A DNA stretch of 37,717 nt, taken from positions 1-37,717 of the IMG/VR virus record IMGVR_UViG_3300026299_000059. One strand, 5' to 3'. Below are positions 1 to 8,547 of this stretch, in pieces. How positions within the stretch are numbered: position 1 is the stretch's first letter; each line of letters begins with the position of its first letter. The notes under the pieces are model-generated. The model ran no database searches, was not told the origin of the DNA, and was given only the letters and a program-made list of their open reading frames with translations. The position numbers were made by a program, and so were the translations under genes. This DNA comes from a virus. Lineage: Duplodnaviria > Caudoviricetes.

Positions 1-20
1 TCTTTTCGGCGGCGGCGAAG

Positions 21-66
21 TATAATCGCCAAAACCAAAAGTCCAAAAAAATAAAATGAAATGTCA
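21..66 (+). repeat. Terminal transposase-binding repeats (mom-side end)
   Basis: AAAACCAAAAGTCC (31-44) and AAAATGAAATGTCA (53-66), 22 bp apart, inverted relative to copies at 37512 and 37604. Confidence 0.7.
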
Positions 67-72
67 TAAAAA

Positions 73-98
73 AAATCCGCTACACTGCGGATTTACTT
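73..98 (-). terminator. Probable intrinsic terminator after the formyltransferase gene
   Basis: AAATCCGC-TACACT-GCGGATTT hairpin followed by a T run on the minus strand. Confidence 0.5.
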
Positions 99-739
99 TT
101 ATCTTCAATCATTAACAAATCAGGTTTGAAAACATCCCTAACATTTGTGTCGGGCTCGAAAGTGCTAAATCTTTTATCCTGCGGAATACGGATTTCAATA
201 CCTTTTAAAAGGTCTTGCAATGCTCTTTCAAGAAGTTTTAAACCCATCGGACACAATTCATCGCGCCACAACTTTCCGGCTGATTTACGTGGGGACAGGT
301 GATATTCCGGAGGAATCCAACACCAATCTTGATAGGCAATGTCACCACGATCAATGCCCGCATTAAGCCAAAACACCGTGCCGCCTGTGATAGGCTCTTT
401 CATTCTGATTGCCCATTCTATTGCAGACCGCCCACGATGTCGAGGCAATAAACTTGGGTGATATCCTAACCAGCCAAGACGCGGGCTATACCGCGTTTTC
501 TTACCAATATAGTCAAACGAATGCGCCGTAATTCCCAAATCGCATTCCGGCATCTTATCAGCGGTTAAGGTTCCGGCAGGAACAACAGGAATGTTCCATC
601 GCCTTCCAGATTTTCCAATATACTTATCATCCAATGGGCAACAGATACCAACAGCATCAATTCCTAATCGCCTGCAAAGTCGCAGAACCTCTTCACCAAA
701 ATACTTCTGACCGCTTATAAAAACTTTAAACTTTTTCAT
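80..739 (-). CDS. Formyltransferase (Fmt/PurN-like N-terminal domain only)
   Basis: GYHPSLLPRHRGRSAIEWAI folate-binding motif and GIDRGDI catalytic Asp region. Confidence 0.85.
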   Translation of the reverse strand: MKKFKVFISGQKYFGEEVLRLCRRLGIDAVGICCPLDDKYIGKSGRRWNIPVVPAGTLTADKMPECDLGITAHSFDYIGKKTRYSPRLGWLGYHPSLLPRHRGRSAIEWAIRMKEPITGGTVFWLNAGIDRGDIAYQDWCWIPPEYHLSPRKSAGKLWRDELCPMGLKLLERALQDLLKGIEIRIPQDKRFSTFEPDTNVRDVFKPDLLMIEDKSKSAV

Positions 740-1271
740 TACCTAAATATTTAAATCCTTGAATTGCTCTAAAATGTCCACCATATCCACCCGCGTGTTT
801 TATTTTTCCTTTTTCTTTTTCTCCCGGAAAACCTTTAGTAGTTCTCATCAACGATGCATTACTTCTCGCCTTATTATCGCCGTGTAGCTTTGCACTCGTT
901 TGAATCCATTTCTTTGAACTTCGCAGATATCCACATAATTGTGGGTGCGAGGTGTGGAAAAATGTGTGATAATTTCTTTCACACCTTCCTTTTCCTTCCA
1001 AATGATACTGCATTACTGCATTTAAAAAAGTAGTTCCAACGCCTGCACCTTGCCATTCCGGCATTACAACCAATCGAGTTGCGCGGTAGGCTTTTGCCGT
1101 AAACATTGGACATACAGCAACGTGGCAAACCAATTCACCATTAACTGTTCCAACAAAATATTCAGCGCACGGCGGATGCTTTAAATCTAAATAGTAATGC
1201 TCTTTAAAAAACTTCCAATAACCTCCGTTGACCTTCCAAATGTCGAGTTTGATAGATGGCCGCTTTGGGAC
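726..1271 (-). CDS. GNAT acetyltransferase domain, probably the -1 frameshifted C-terminal extension of the ABC ATPase
   Basis: RLVVMPEWQGAGVG acetyl-CoA motif A. The frame is open from the A9G tract at 1271-1280 (KVPKRPSIKLDIWKVNGGYWKFFKEHYYLD...) to 726. Confidence 0.75.
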   Translation of the reverse strand, partial: VPKRPSIKLDIWKVNGGYWKFFKEHYYLDLKHPPCAEYFVGTVNGELVCHVAVCPMFTAKAYRATRLVVMPEWQGAGVGTTFLNAVMQYHLEGKGRCERNYHTFFHTSHPQLCGYLRSSKKWIQTSAKLHGDNKARSNASLMRTTKGFPGEKEKGKIKHAGGYGGHFRAIQGFKYLGNEKV

Positions 1272-1870
1272 TTTTTTTTTACTTTCGATACTCGCGTATC
1301 ATACACCCAATCCGGTTGAAGCCACTCAATAATATCATAGTGGCAAGAAAGCAAAACAATCTGCTTTCCTGTTTTGCGCCAACTTTTTGCAAACGCCGAC
1401 GCGCCAATTTTCGCAATTTGGCGATCAACGACGCTTGTAAATTCATCCACCACTACTTTGTCTGGCGCATCACAAATTAAACGTGCTAAACCGGCACGGA
1501 ACTGTTCGCCATTGCTCAATACTTTGAAAGGTCGAAGCCACGCCGGAACATCACCCAAACCAACAGCGGAAAGTGCACTTGTAACCACGTTCATATCCTT
1601 TTCGGGCGCAATATCTTCAATAATTGGTAAATCAGAATTCCAACCTTCAGAAAGATTAATAATTCCTTTTTCCCAAATATTTTTCCCGATAGAGGTTTTG
1701 CCGGAACCGGATGCGCCTACTATTAAACCAATTTGCCAACCCTCATCCTCGATCGGTAGCTCGGCAACGTGTCTCCACTCGTGCCCACTTTCCGCATTAA
1801 ATAAACTTTTTACTTTTTCCGAGCGGAAATCATTAAAATTTTCGCAGGTGTGTTTTACTTCAATTTTCAT
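1187..1870 (-). CDS. Soluble ABC-type ATPase
   Basis: Walker A GASGSGKT, signature LSNGEQ, Walker B VVVDEF, H-switch SCH. Confidence 0.85.
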   Translation of the reverse strand: MKIEVKHTCENFNDFRSEKVKSLFNAESGHEWRHVAELPIEDEGWQIGLIVGASGSGKTSIGKNIWEKGIINLSEGWNSDLPIIEDIAPEKDMNVVTSALSAVGLGDVPAWLRPFKVLSNGEQFRAGLARLICDAPDKVVVDEFTSVVDRQIAKIGASAFAKSWRKTGKQIVLLSCHYDIIEWLQPDWVYDTRVSKVKKKSQSGHLSNSTFGRSTEVIGSFLKSITI

Positions 1871-1995
1871 ACAGATACAATTTTTAAATCCTTAAATCCC
1901 ATTTTTTTTAATTTTTCAAAAAGCTCTTTTTGCTCTTTTTCTGTACCGACTTTAATTATGACGGCGTGTTGCTCTTTGTAAGCGAAGTTTGACAT
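1867..1995 (-). CDS. 42-aa small protein (MSNFAYKEQHAVIIKVGTEKEQKELFEKLKKMGFKDLKIVSV), first gene of the ATPase/GNAT operon
   Basis: Translated by hand; ATGA overlap with the ATPase start; not in the ORF track. Confidence 0.7.
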   Translation of the reverse strand: MSNFAYKEQHAVIIKVGTEKEQKELFEKLKKMGFKDLKIVSV

Positions 1996-2012
1996 ATAAT
2001 TTAATTTTAGTT

Positions 2013-2177
2013 TATATTTGTAATCTCTCAGGGATTTATTAACACAACAAAGCCACCAAAGAAGACTTTGCGTCCTCCATGGTGGCTTCGTGCTAATTAA
2101 ATTCCCTGAGAAAGTTTTTAATTTTGGAGGACGTTTTTAATTTTGGAGGACGTTTTTATTTCCTTCCTCCTCGGAAA
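2013..2177 (-). ncRNA. Structured RNA leader: long hairpin 2026-2111 plus 19-bp tandem repeat 2114-2151
   Basis: TCTCAGGGA...TCCCTGAGA and AGCCACCA...TGGTGGCT stems; the repeat GTTTTTAATTTTGGAGGAC x2 is complementary to the hairpin apex. Confidence 0.6.
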
Positions 2178-2178
2178 T

Positions 2179-2589
2179 TTAGTTTAGATAAACTTTCCGT
2201 CCGTTTTCAAAGCGAAACATTCTGATTTTGGTTTCTTCTCCTGTAATCATCCTACCTAACCATTTACGCCTACTTTCCTCCCAAAAGACCACATCGCTAT
2301 TTGGTTTCAGAGCATTTAGCGCTTCGACTTCCTGAACGATGCTGAAATCGTCACCAATCTGAATGGACTTACTCGATTTCAATTGCTCTATTTTCAACCG
2401 AATTTTCTTTAAAAGTGCGGTTTGTTTTTCAATCTCTTTTGCTTTTAGAAGTTTTAGTGAATCAATGCTTTTCCGCTCCTTAAGTATTTTTTCTGCCGTA
2501 ATTTTTACAACTTGGTTGATGCTGTCATTTTTCTGCGAAAACATCAGCATCGGCAGAACAAAGGCGATGATTTTAAATAATGCTTTCAT
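2179..2589 (-). CDS. Hypothetical protein with signal peptide and coiled coil
   Basis: N-terminal hydrophobic segment, heptad-like K/E/L region. Confidence 0.6.
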   Translation of the reverse strand: MKALFKIIAFVLPMLMFSQKNDSINQVVKITAEKILKERKSIDSLKLLKAKEIEKQTALLKKIRLKIEQLKSSKSIQIGDDFSIVQEVEALNALKPNSDVVFWEESRRKWLGRMITGEETKIRMFRFENGRKVYLN

Positions 2590-2590
2590 T

Positions 2591-3007
2591 TTATAGCGAT
2601 TTTAAAGTTTTGTTAATCTCAGCAGTTCTTCTGCGTTCGACTTCCAAACTGCGTTCCGCATCAGCTTTTTTTGTCATCATGGAAGCTTGAAGATTCTGGA
2701 ATAATTTATTCCATTTCTCTGTCTCTTTCGTACAATCAAAGTCTCTTAACCTCTTTTGAAGAGTGTCGCGTTCCGCCTCTAATTTTATAATTCGATTATC
2801 ACGGTATTTAACCTGACCTGTTTTTGTTGCAATTAAAATACTATCGTCTTTCTTTGCAGTTGCATAACCGTTCTTCCTTTCGGAATTACCAAAAAAGTAA
2901 AATGTAATAAGTAAAATAGTCACCAAAACAGGAAGTCCTAATGGTTTTTTAAGCAAATCGATTGATTTTGCCCATACTGTAATAAAAACTTCCAAAAGAT
3001 CCTTCAT
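2591..3007 (-). CDS. Membrane-anchored coiled-coil protein (possible lysis accessory)
   Basis: TM segment LGLPVLVTILLITFYFFG followed by a coiled coil. Confidence 0.55.
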   Translation of the reverse strand: MKDLLEVFITVWAKSIDLLKKPLGLPVLVTILLITFYFFGNSERKNGYATAKKDDSILIATKTGQVKYRDNRIIKLEAERDTLQKRLRDFDCTKETEKWNKLFQNLQASMMTKKADAERSLEVERRRTAEINKTLKSL

Positions 3008-3067
3008 AATCTGTGTGCTCTTTTTTTGACCATTGTTCTATAAATTACCTCGGATTGAATGTCAGCA

Positions 3068-3685
3068 CTAAAAACCACTTGTAAAATATTTTTTCTCAAT
3101 AATAGTTTCACCCTTTTTTAAAACCAAAACAATAGGTTGAAAGTAATCCAGTGTATATTTACCAACCGCCAACATTTGTCCCCTTTCAACATCTGTATAA
3201 AACCAAAACAGTTTCTCTATATCAAGAGAAATAAGTTTCAAACCCTCTTCCAATTCGAAGGTTTGAAGTAGAGTTTCATTTTTTTCATCGCTAATCCAAA
3301 CCTCCAATTGTAGGTTATTATCTGGAATGTTACAATAAAGTGAGCTAACCTGAATAGGTTCATCCATTACCGGAACCGCCTTTCTTGATTCCTGAAATGA
3401 TTTCCACTCGATTAGTTGCTCTTCGGTTCGGTAGGTGCTCACAGCGATAGCATTATCGTCGTGATTCGATAAAACTAAGAACCTTCCGCCACTTTAACTG
3501 AAGCCGAAGGTAAGCTTTGTCACCATTCCGTCCTTTGAATCACCACCTACAATAAATGGCTTGCCATAGTGATTGTTAAGGATGTTGTGTCCCAATATTT
3601 TATCTCCTGCGGAACTTGAAATGTTTAATTCTAATTCCGGAGAGAGGGCGCCGTTTTTGTTTGTATAATTCCAGTAGTTTGCCAT
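3068..3685 (-). pseudogene. Hypothetical ~205-codon gene interrupted by one in-frame TAA (3494-3496)
   Basis: ORFs 3494..3685 and 3068..3442 are in the same frame with no other stop between them. Confidence 0.5.
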
Positions 3686-3695
3686 GATTTTATAT

Positions 3696-5501
3696 TTAGC
3701 TAAGTGCTATATTTACATCGTTGTTGGTAGGAGTGTTAATGTACACTGTGTTTGCTGCTCCAGTTTTCTTAACATAATTGTCTTTGATTATGTTGCCATT
3801 GATATTGTTCCACCCCGAACCATTGGCAAAAACATACCCTACGGCATTTAGTTCTGTGGTAGCGTTTGAATCAATGAATACGTTATTACTGATAATGTTG
3901 TTTTTGATTGCGGAATTTTGAGTTTCAGCAATCATTTTATAGAAAACCGCTTCATCGCTGGTTTTAGGTTTGTTGATCGTGAATTCGTTATTCTTGATTT
4001 GATTCAGCTCAACGTTTCGGTGATCCTCATCCCACATATCAGTACGCATGTGGACGGCGTATTTTGTGAAATTGAAAGAATTTTGAAATACCCCAACATT
4101 TTTAGAGCTCACAATTTCAATCGGCGTCTCAGCGCTCACAATGTTATTTGAGATAATTACGTTTGCGTCGCTATAAGACACCCTTATACTAGATTTATAG
4201 GCGTGTGAAGGGGTGGAAAAATTTGCTGAATTTTCAATAGTATTCCCATCGACAATGATTTCTTTATCTCCCAAAATAGCCAAAATTAAAATGTCGGTAA
4301 ATACATTGTTTTTAAATGAATTTTTTGAAATCTTAACGTTTTTTATCGAACTTCTAATTACGTTTGAATTGTTGTATTTGCCCTTGAAAATTTGAATTCC
4401 TTCGTTGTTTTCTGTGATAAGGTTGTCAGAAATCATCACATTTTCACAGATATAAGTTTCTGTTTCAACAAGTCCCGGATTTGGCTCCACATCAACTCCG
4501 CTTCCAAGCGTGGATACATACGCTTTTTGGTCAAATATTTTATTTTTTAGTATTTTAATATTTCTACCGTGAACGACCGACACACCGTTTCTACCGTTGG
4601 AATATATGGTGTTGTTTTCGACCAAAATATCCTCATTAAGGTTAACCGTGGTTGCTTGCCCGACAAAATCATGCTCAATCCCGATTCCATCACCCTGACA
4701 GTGATGAATGGTACAATTTCGTACTGTCAAGTTTTTGCAGCGGTGTAACTTAATTCCGTGACGGTTTTCATCCAAATCAAGTGCCCCGTTGGAAGCTCCC
4801 TGATTTGTTCTGTTACCATTCAATACTAATCCATCGATTACGCAACTTGAGGCATTCTCGATGATGAACATTGATTTGTTTGAGGAATTTTTAAGAAAGA
4901 ATCTGCCTTTTGAATAAATATTAATACTTCCGTTCGCGACAATATTGTTTGAAATCACATAATCTGCATCGGGAATAATTAGGTTTAATTTTTCACGAAC
5001 TGCAATATCGATTGCGCTTTGAACTGCGGCGGTGTCATCAGTTATTCCGTCACCTTCAGCCTGGAACCAAGATAAATTGATAAAATTTGAAACCTGCCTT
5101 TTGTACAAATTGTTGTTGATGAATTTGTACAAAACACCATCTGCGATTATTCCATCTGGACTATTGATTTTTTTATAATTAACATTTTCGCCAGTTTTAT
5201 AGTCGTATAACCTTAATAGATCATGAGCATGTGTTAAGCTATCGTCATTATAAACAGCCTCATTTGCTGCAACCAATTGATTCCACACCTGTTCCTGCGT
5301 CTGTAGCGCGTTCATTATTGTTTGTTGCGCTGAAGAATCTAATTTTTCAGAAAGCCTGTTTTCCAAGTCTTCTATGTCTGAAACACCAAGTCTTTCCTCC
5401 TTACTCCAAAACGAATCAATGAGTGCCCAAAAGTTTTCCTGAGTAGGCTCGCTTCCTGTCTTAAAAAAATTCTTAATCGCTATTTTACTTGTAACTCTCA
5501 T
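3696..5501 (-). CDS. Tailspike/receptor-binding protein with right-handed beta-helix (putative polysaccharide depolymerase)
   Basis: FQAEGDGITDDTAAVQSAID pectate-lyase-3-like start, Asn/Ile-rich beta-helix repeats, N-terminal FKTGSEPTQENFWALIDSFW anchor; ATG at 5501 in a TAATG overlap. Confidence 0.8.
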   Translation of the reverse strand: MRVTSKIAIKNFFKTGSEPTQENFWALIDSFWSKEERLGVSDIEDLENRLSEKLDSSAQQTIMNALQTQEQVWNQLVAANEAVYNDDSLTHAHDLLRLYDYKTGENVNYKKINSPDGIIADGVLYKFINNNLYKRQVSNFINLSWFQAEGDGITDDTAAVQSAIDIAVREKLNLIIPDADYVISNNIVANGSINIYSKGRFFLKNSSNKSMFIIENASSCVIDGLVLNGNRTNQGASNGALDLDENRHGIKLHRCKNLTVRNCTIHHCQGDGIGIEHDFVGQATTVNLNEDILVENNTIYSNGRNGVSVVHGRNIKILKNKIFDQKAYVSTLGSGVDVEPNPGLVETETYICENVMISDNLITENNEGIQIFKGKYNNSNVIRSSIKNVKISKNSFKNNVFTDILILAILGDKEIIVDGNTIENSANFSTPSHAYKSSIRVSYSDANVIISNNIVSAETPIEIVSSKNVGVFQNSFNFTKYAVHMRTDMWDEDHRNVELNQIKNNEFTINKPKTSDEAVFYKMIAETQNSAIKNNIISNNVFIDSNATTELNAVGYVFANGSGWNNINGNIIKDNYVKKTGAANTVYINTPTNNDVNIALS

Positions 5502-6268
5502 TATTGAAAAATTAAATAATCTAAAGTGATGGACTGACCTTCCCAAATCAATTCACGGATTGCTATTTCAAAACCGTTTGAGGTCTTGTTCGTTACGGAA
5601 AAAATAGCGGTTGTGTTTTTTGCAAATTCCCCTGCAAATACTGGAGTTATAAAAACTTTGTAATTTGTACCGAAATTTTCGTTAGTGAAGATGATCTTAT
5701 ACAGATCAGTTCCACCGTTTGCTGCCGAAGGCGTCTTATCTATCAATGTGATTGAATAATCTGTATTGGTAATATTCCAGCCAATATCTTTCCCCTGCAC
5801 ATCGCCTATATAAATAGAACCGCTTTTAAATCCAATTTGCTTAGCCGTTACTTGATGAGGATTGTTTTTTTTGTTTTCGTGAGTGGTAATCTTCTCGTCG
5901 ATTAAATTAAGATCCTTCACGCGCTTAAAATTAATCCATGGCACTTGATTCACGGCTGAACCAAAAGTGACAAATCTATCCGTTTGTATGATTTTATTGT
6001 CGCCGTCTTCAAATAGTGCATTAGCTGTAGATTCTTTGATAATCACATTCGGCTGAAGGATCGAGCCTTTCAATACAAATAGTTCACCTTTTATAGCGAC
6101 AACGCCGTCACTGATAGTAGAACCCTGTACTTCACAACCGGAAACGATGGCGTAATCTCCTAGCATAGCTGCGTATTTCTCAAAAATTAGAAGCGCATCT
6201 TGAAGATCCTGTAGTGTCTCGGTTTCCAGAGGAAATCCTCCCGCCTGATTGTAATTAAATTTTTTCAT
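5501..6268 (-). CDS. Tail fibre protein
   Basis: Position after baseplate wedge genes; NPHQVTAKQIG fibre motif; beta-rich C-terminal tip. Confidence 0.65.
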   Translation of the reverse strand: MKKFNYNQAGGFPLETETLQDLQDALLIFEKYAAMLGDYAIVSGCEVQGSTISDGVVAIKGELFVLKGSILQPNVIIKESTANALFEDGDNKIIQTDRFVTFGSAVNQVPWINFKRVKDLNLIDEKITTHENKKNNPHQVTAKQIGFKSGSIYIGDVQGKDIGWNITNTDYSITLIDKTPSAANGGTDLYKIIFTNENFGTNYKVFITPVFAGEFAKNTTAIFSVTNKTSNGFEIAIRELIWEGQSITLDYLIFQ

Positions 6269-6723
6269 TATATAATCTCTATTTTAAAGCGTTTACTCGC
6301 TAATCTGTAATATTTTGTCATTGCCTCAATTTCGGCGATATAAGGTTCGAGTTCCTTCGGAATCTGTACGATAAAGTCCACGCCCGTGTCTACAAAATCC
6401 GCCCGCTGTCGCAAATATATTTTACCTAAATATTTTGTACGCTGTTCCGCTTTGGTGTAGATGTGCTTTCTTTCAAAGCGAATCGAACTTATAATTTTTA
6501 TCCTTCGTTCCGGGTCGAATCGGTCGTTTAAAGCCCTTCTCAACTTGCAGGTTTGTCCGTTATATTGAATTTTCAGAAGATTATTTTTCCTGTTAATTCT
6601 GTACTCACGATGAAGGCTTTCAAGCGGTGCAACCATCGAGACGATGAAGGCAGTTGTTTTTATCTTTCTCAAAAATGTGGGAAAAGACAAGGCAGCCAAT
6701 GATCTAAAATCCGTCTTAAACAT
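6268..6723 (-). CDS. Baseplate wedge protein (gpI-like)
   Basis: Synteny after gpJ-like gene; LRRALNDRFD and DFIVQIP motifs. Confidence 0.55.
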   Translation of the reverse strand: MFKTDFRSLAALSFPTFLRKIKTTAFIVSMVAPLESLHREYRINRKNNLLKIQYNGQTCKLRRALNDRFDPERRIKIISSIRFERKHIYTKAEQRTKYLGKIYLRQRADFVDTGVDFIVQIPKELEPYIAEIEAMTKYYRLASKRFKIEII

Positions 6724-7552
6724 AAGTGATTTTTGAAAGTTCCCAATCGATTTCGTAATAACCGCTCACCGGAATGTGTCCGACCGCAATACCTTCCAGA
6801 TTTCCGTAAGTTCCGGCATCAGGATTTATCCATGACGTTGAGGCGGAAACAAGGTGCGGATTAATCACACCATTTACTCTTTGCAGCTTGTCAATAAGCT
6901 GGTTAATGACCAATTCACCGTTAAATGGCAGTTCCTTCATAAATTGCTGAAGCGCAATTTCTACAGGTTTTTTTCCTGTTAATATCTCGGTTCCGTAAGC
7001 ATCAAGAATATTTGCGTTTCGGAATATTTTCAAGTTCAATACAAGTTTGTCCGCCCTGTAGTTGATAACCGAATATTTTACTCCCGCGTAATTGAACTCT
7101 TCCAAATAATATTTGAAGGAGTCCATTTTTTCCTCCGGAATCTGTGAAAGCTTACCGTTTTCCTCACCTGCGATTTTAATAATCAATAAACTTTCTGTCT
7201 CCGATTCTGTGACAGCGCAATATTTTATAATTTTCGATTCCGCGATTTCCTCACCGGTAAAGCCAGTATTATCAAATTGGTCATCATCGGTAAACATTGG
7301 AAATCCATATTGAAATTCTTTAACCTTGTTTCTGTACCACCTCGGAGTTCCGGGCTTTTCTTCATCAATGATCGTCTGAACTTCTTTGGTGTGGGCTCCA
7401 AAAATTTGCTCATGGATGAAGATGGCAAAAGCCACAACCCAAAGAAGGTTTCGCCAAATCGCAACCTTTGAGTTGGAGTTCAAAGAATCCAAAGCGGGGT
7501 TTTTCGCTTTCTCTTCCAAAATCTCGGTAAATATTTCGTCTAATGTTCTCAT
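6716..7552 (-). CDS. Baseplate J-like wedge protein
   Basis: Synteny, size, LIDKLQRVNGV C-terminal motif. Confidence 0.65.
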   Translation of the reverse strand: MRTLDEIFTEILEEKAKNPALDSLNSNSKVAIWRNLLWVVAFAIFIHEQIFGAHTKEVQTIIDEEKPGTPRWYRNKVKEFQYGFPMFTDDDQFDNTGFTGEEIAESKIIKYCAVTESETESLLIIKIAGEENGKLSQIPEEKMDSFKYYLEEFNYAGVKYSVINYRADKLVLNLKIFRNANILDAYGTEILTGKKPVEIALQQFMKELPFNGELVINQLIDKLQRVNGVINPHLVSASTSWINPDAGTYGNLEGIAVGHIPVSGYYEIDWELSKITYV

Positions 7553-7842
7553 GATACTTTAAATCCGTTTCCGATTTCCCAATATTTTATGCCTTTGTTG
7601 TAGCGGATTTCCGCATCCGACTCCGATCTTGAAGTTGCGGGTTTTATTTTTTTGTCTTGATAATAACTTAAAATTTCTTTTCTATCGTTATCTGAAGAAA
7701 TTACAATGTCGGTTCCTGCGGGAACTATATCACTTATTGATATTCCATTTTCTGCCGCAATCGCAAAGGCGTTTTCCACGCTTCCGGTGTGTTGGATTGC
7801 GATATCCAACAAACTTTGATTGTGTAAAACCTGCATTTTCAT
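7549..7842 (-). CDS. LysM/tail-X-like baseplate protein
   Basis: NQSLLDIAIQHTGSVENAFAIAAENG LysM-like pattern. Confidence 0.65.
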   Translation of the reverse strand: MKMQVLHNQSLLDIAIQHTGSVENAFAIAAENGISISDIVPAGTDIVISSDNDRKEILSYYQDKKIKPATSRSESDAEIRYNKGIKYWEIGNGFKVS

Positions 7843-8055
7843 TTACGTTATTTTTCCCATGGTTAAAGCGCTCCCCGCACCGCCGCAAATACCTGTTACG
7901 GTTGCATTCTGCAAAATTTCATCAATGACGATGAGCAGTAATTCCGAGAATAATTCAAGCGGCTCCACATTGTCATTTTCAGGATCTTCTTTTTCTGAAA
8001 GCTCCTGAATTTTTTGTTTAATGAGTGCTTTTATTTGGGCGCGGTTTAATGCCAT
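7843..8055 (-). CDS. Small baseplate/spike-associated protein
   Basis: Abuts spike and LysM genes. Confidence 0.45.
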   Translation of the reverse strand: MALNRAQIKALIKQKIQELSEKEDPENDNVEPLELFSELLLIVIDEILQNATVTGICGGAGSALTMGKIT

Positions 8056-8547
8056 TTAATTATCTTTTAAAAATTGTTTAAATCTGTTTTCAATAGCCAA
8101 AAACTGCGGCTTGTTTAATAATAACAATGTCGGACCTGCATTGGTGGTGAACTTCATCTTTTGAATTTCTTGAAGCAAATCCACCATCAACTTTTTCAAA
8201 GTCTCATTTTCTTTTTTTAGGAGAAAACCGGAATTATCAATCTGCATTTGCACGCCTTCAATTTTCAAGTCAATACTTTCAACCTCGCTGAAAAACTCTA
8301 CATACAATCTGTGAATATCTTCCGCAATTGGCGAAACCAACACAAAACTCCCAACTTTCGGAAAAATGTAAAACCTTTTTCCACCATCTTGAACGGTTGC
8401 GGAAAGTGCCACATCTGTGAACTCAATTTCGCCGTTGCTTACAACGCACGTTCCTTCGTTTTTATCCACAGAAATCACTTCCGCCGCAAAAGTGTCCACC
8501 TTTCGACCGACTAAATTTTTAAACGCTTCCTGTAGCTTACCTGTCAT
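8056..8547 (-). CDS. Baseplate central spike (gpV-like)
   Basis: OB-fold-like N-terminus with FPKVGSFVLV motif. Confidence 0.65.
   Translation of the reverse strand: MTGKLQEAFKNLVGRKVDTFAAEVISVDKNEGTCVVSNGEIEFTDVALSATVQDGGKRFYIFPKVGSFVLVSPIAEDIHRLYVEFFSEVESIDLKIEGVQMQIDNSGFLLKKENETLKKLMVDLLQEIQKMKFTTNAGPTLLLLNKPQFLAIENRFKQFLKDN

Noticed and set aside
80..739. Host fmt gene marking chromosomal DNA
   Set aside because: Lacks the C-terminal tRNA-binding domain, overlaps the GNAT ORF and lies inside the terminal repeats.
1187..1870. ABC transporter
   Set aside because: No permease or binding protein; the ATPase is frame-linked to a GNAT domain.
3696..6268. Diversity-generating retroelement or invertible tail-fibre segment
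   Set aside because: No reverse transcriptase, invertase or TR/VR repeat pair seen.
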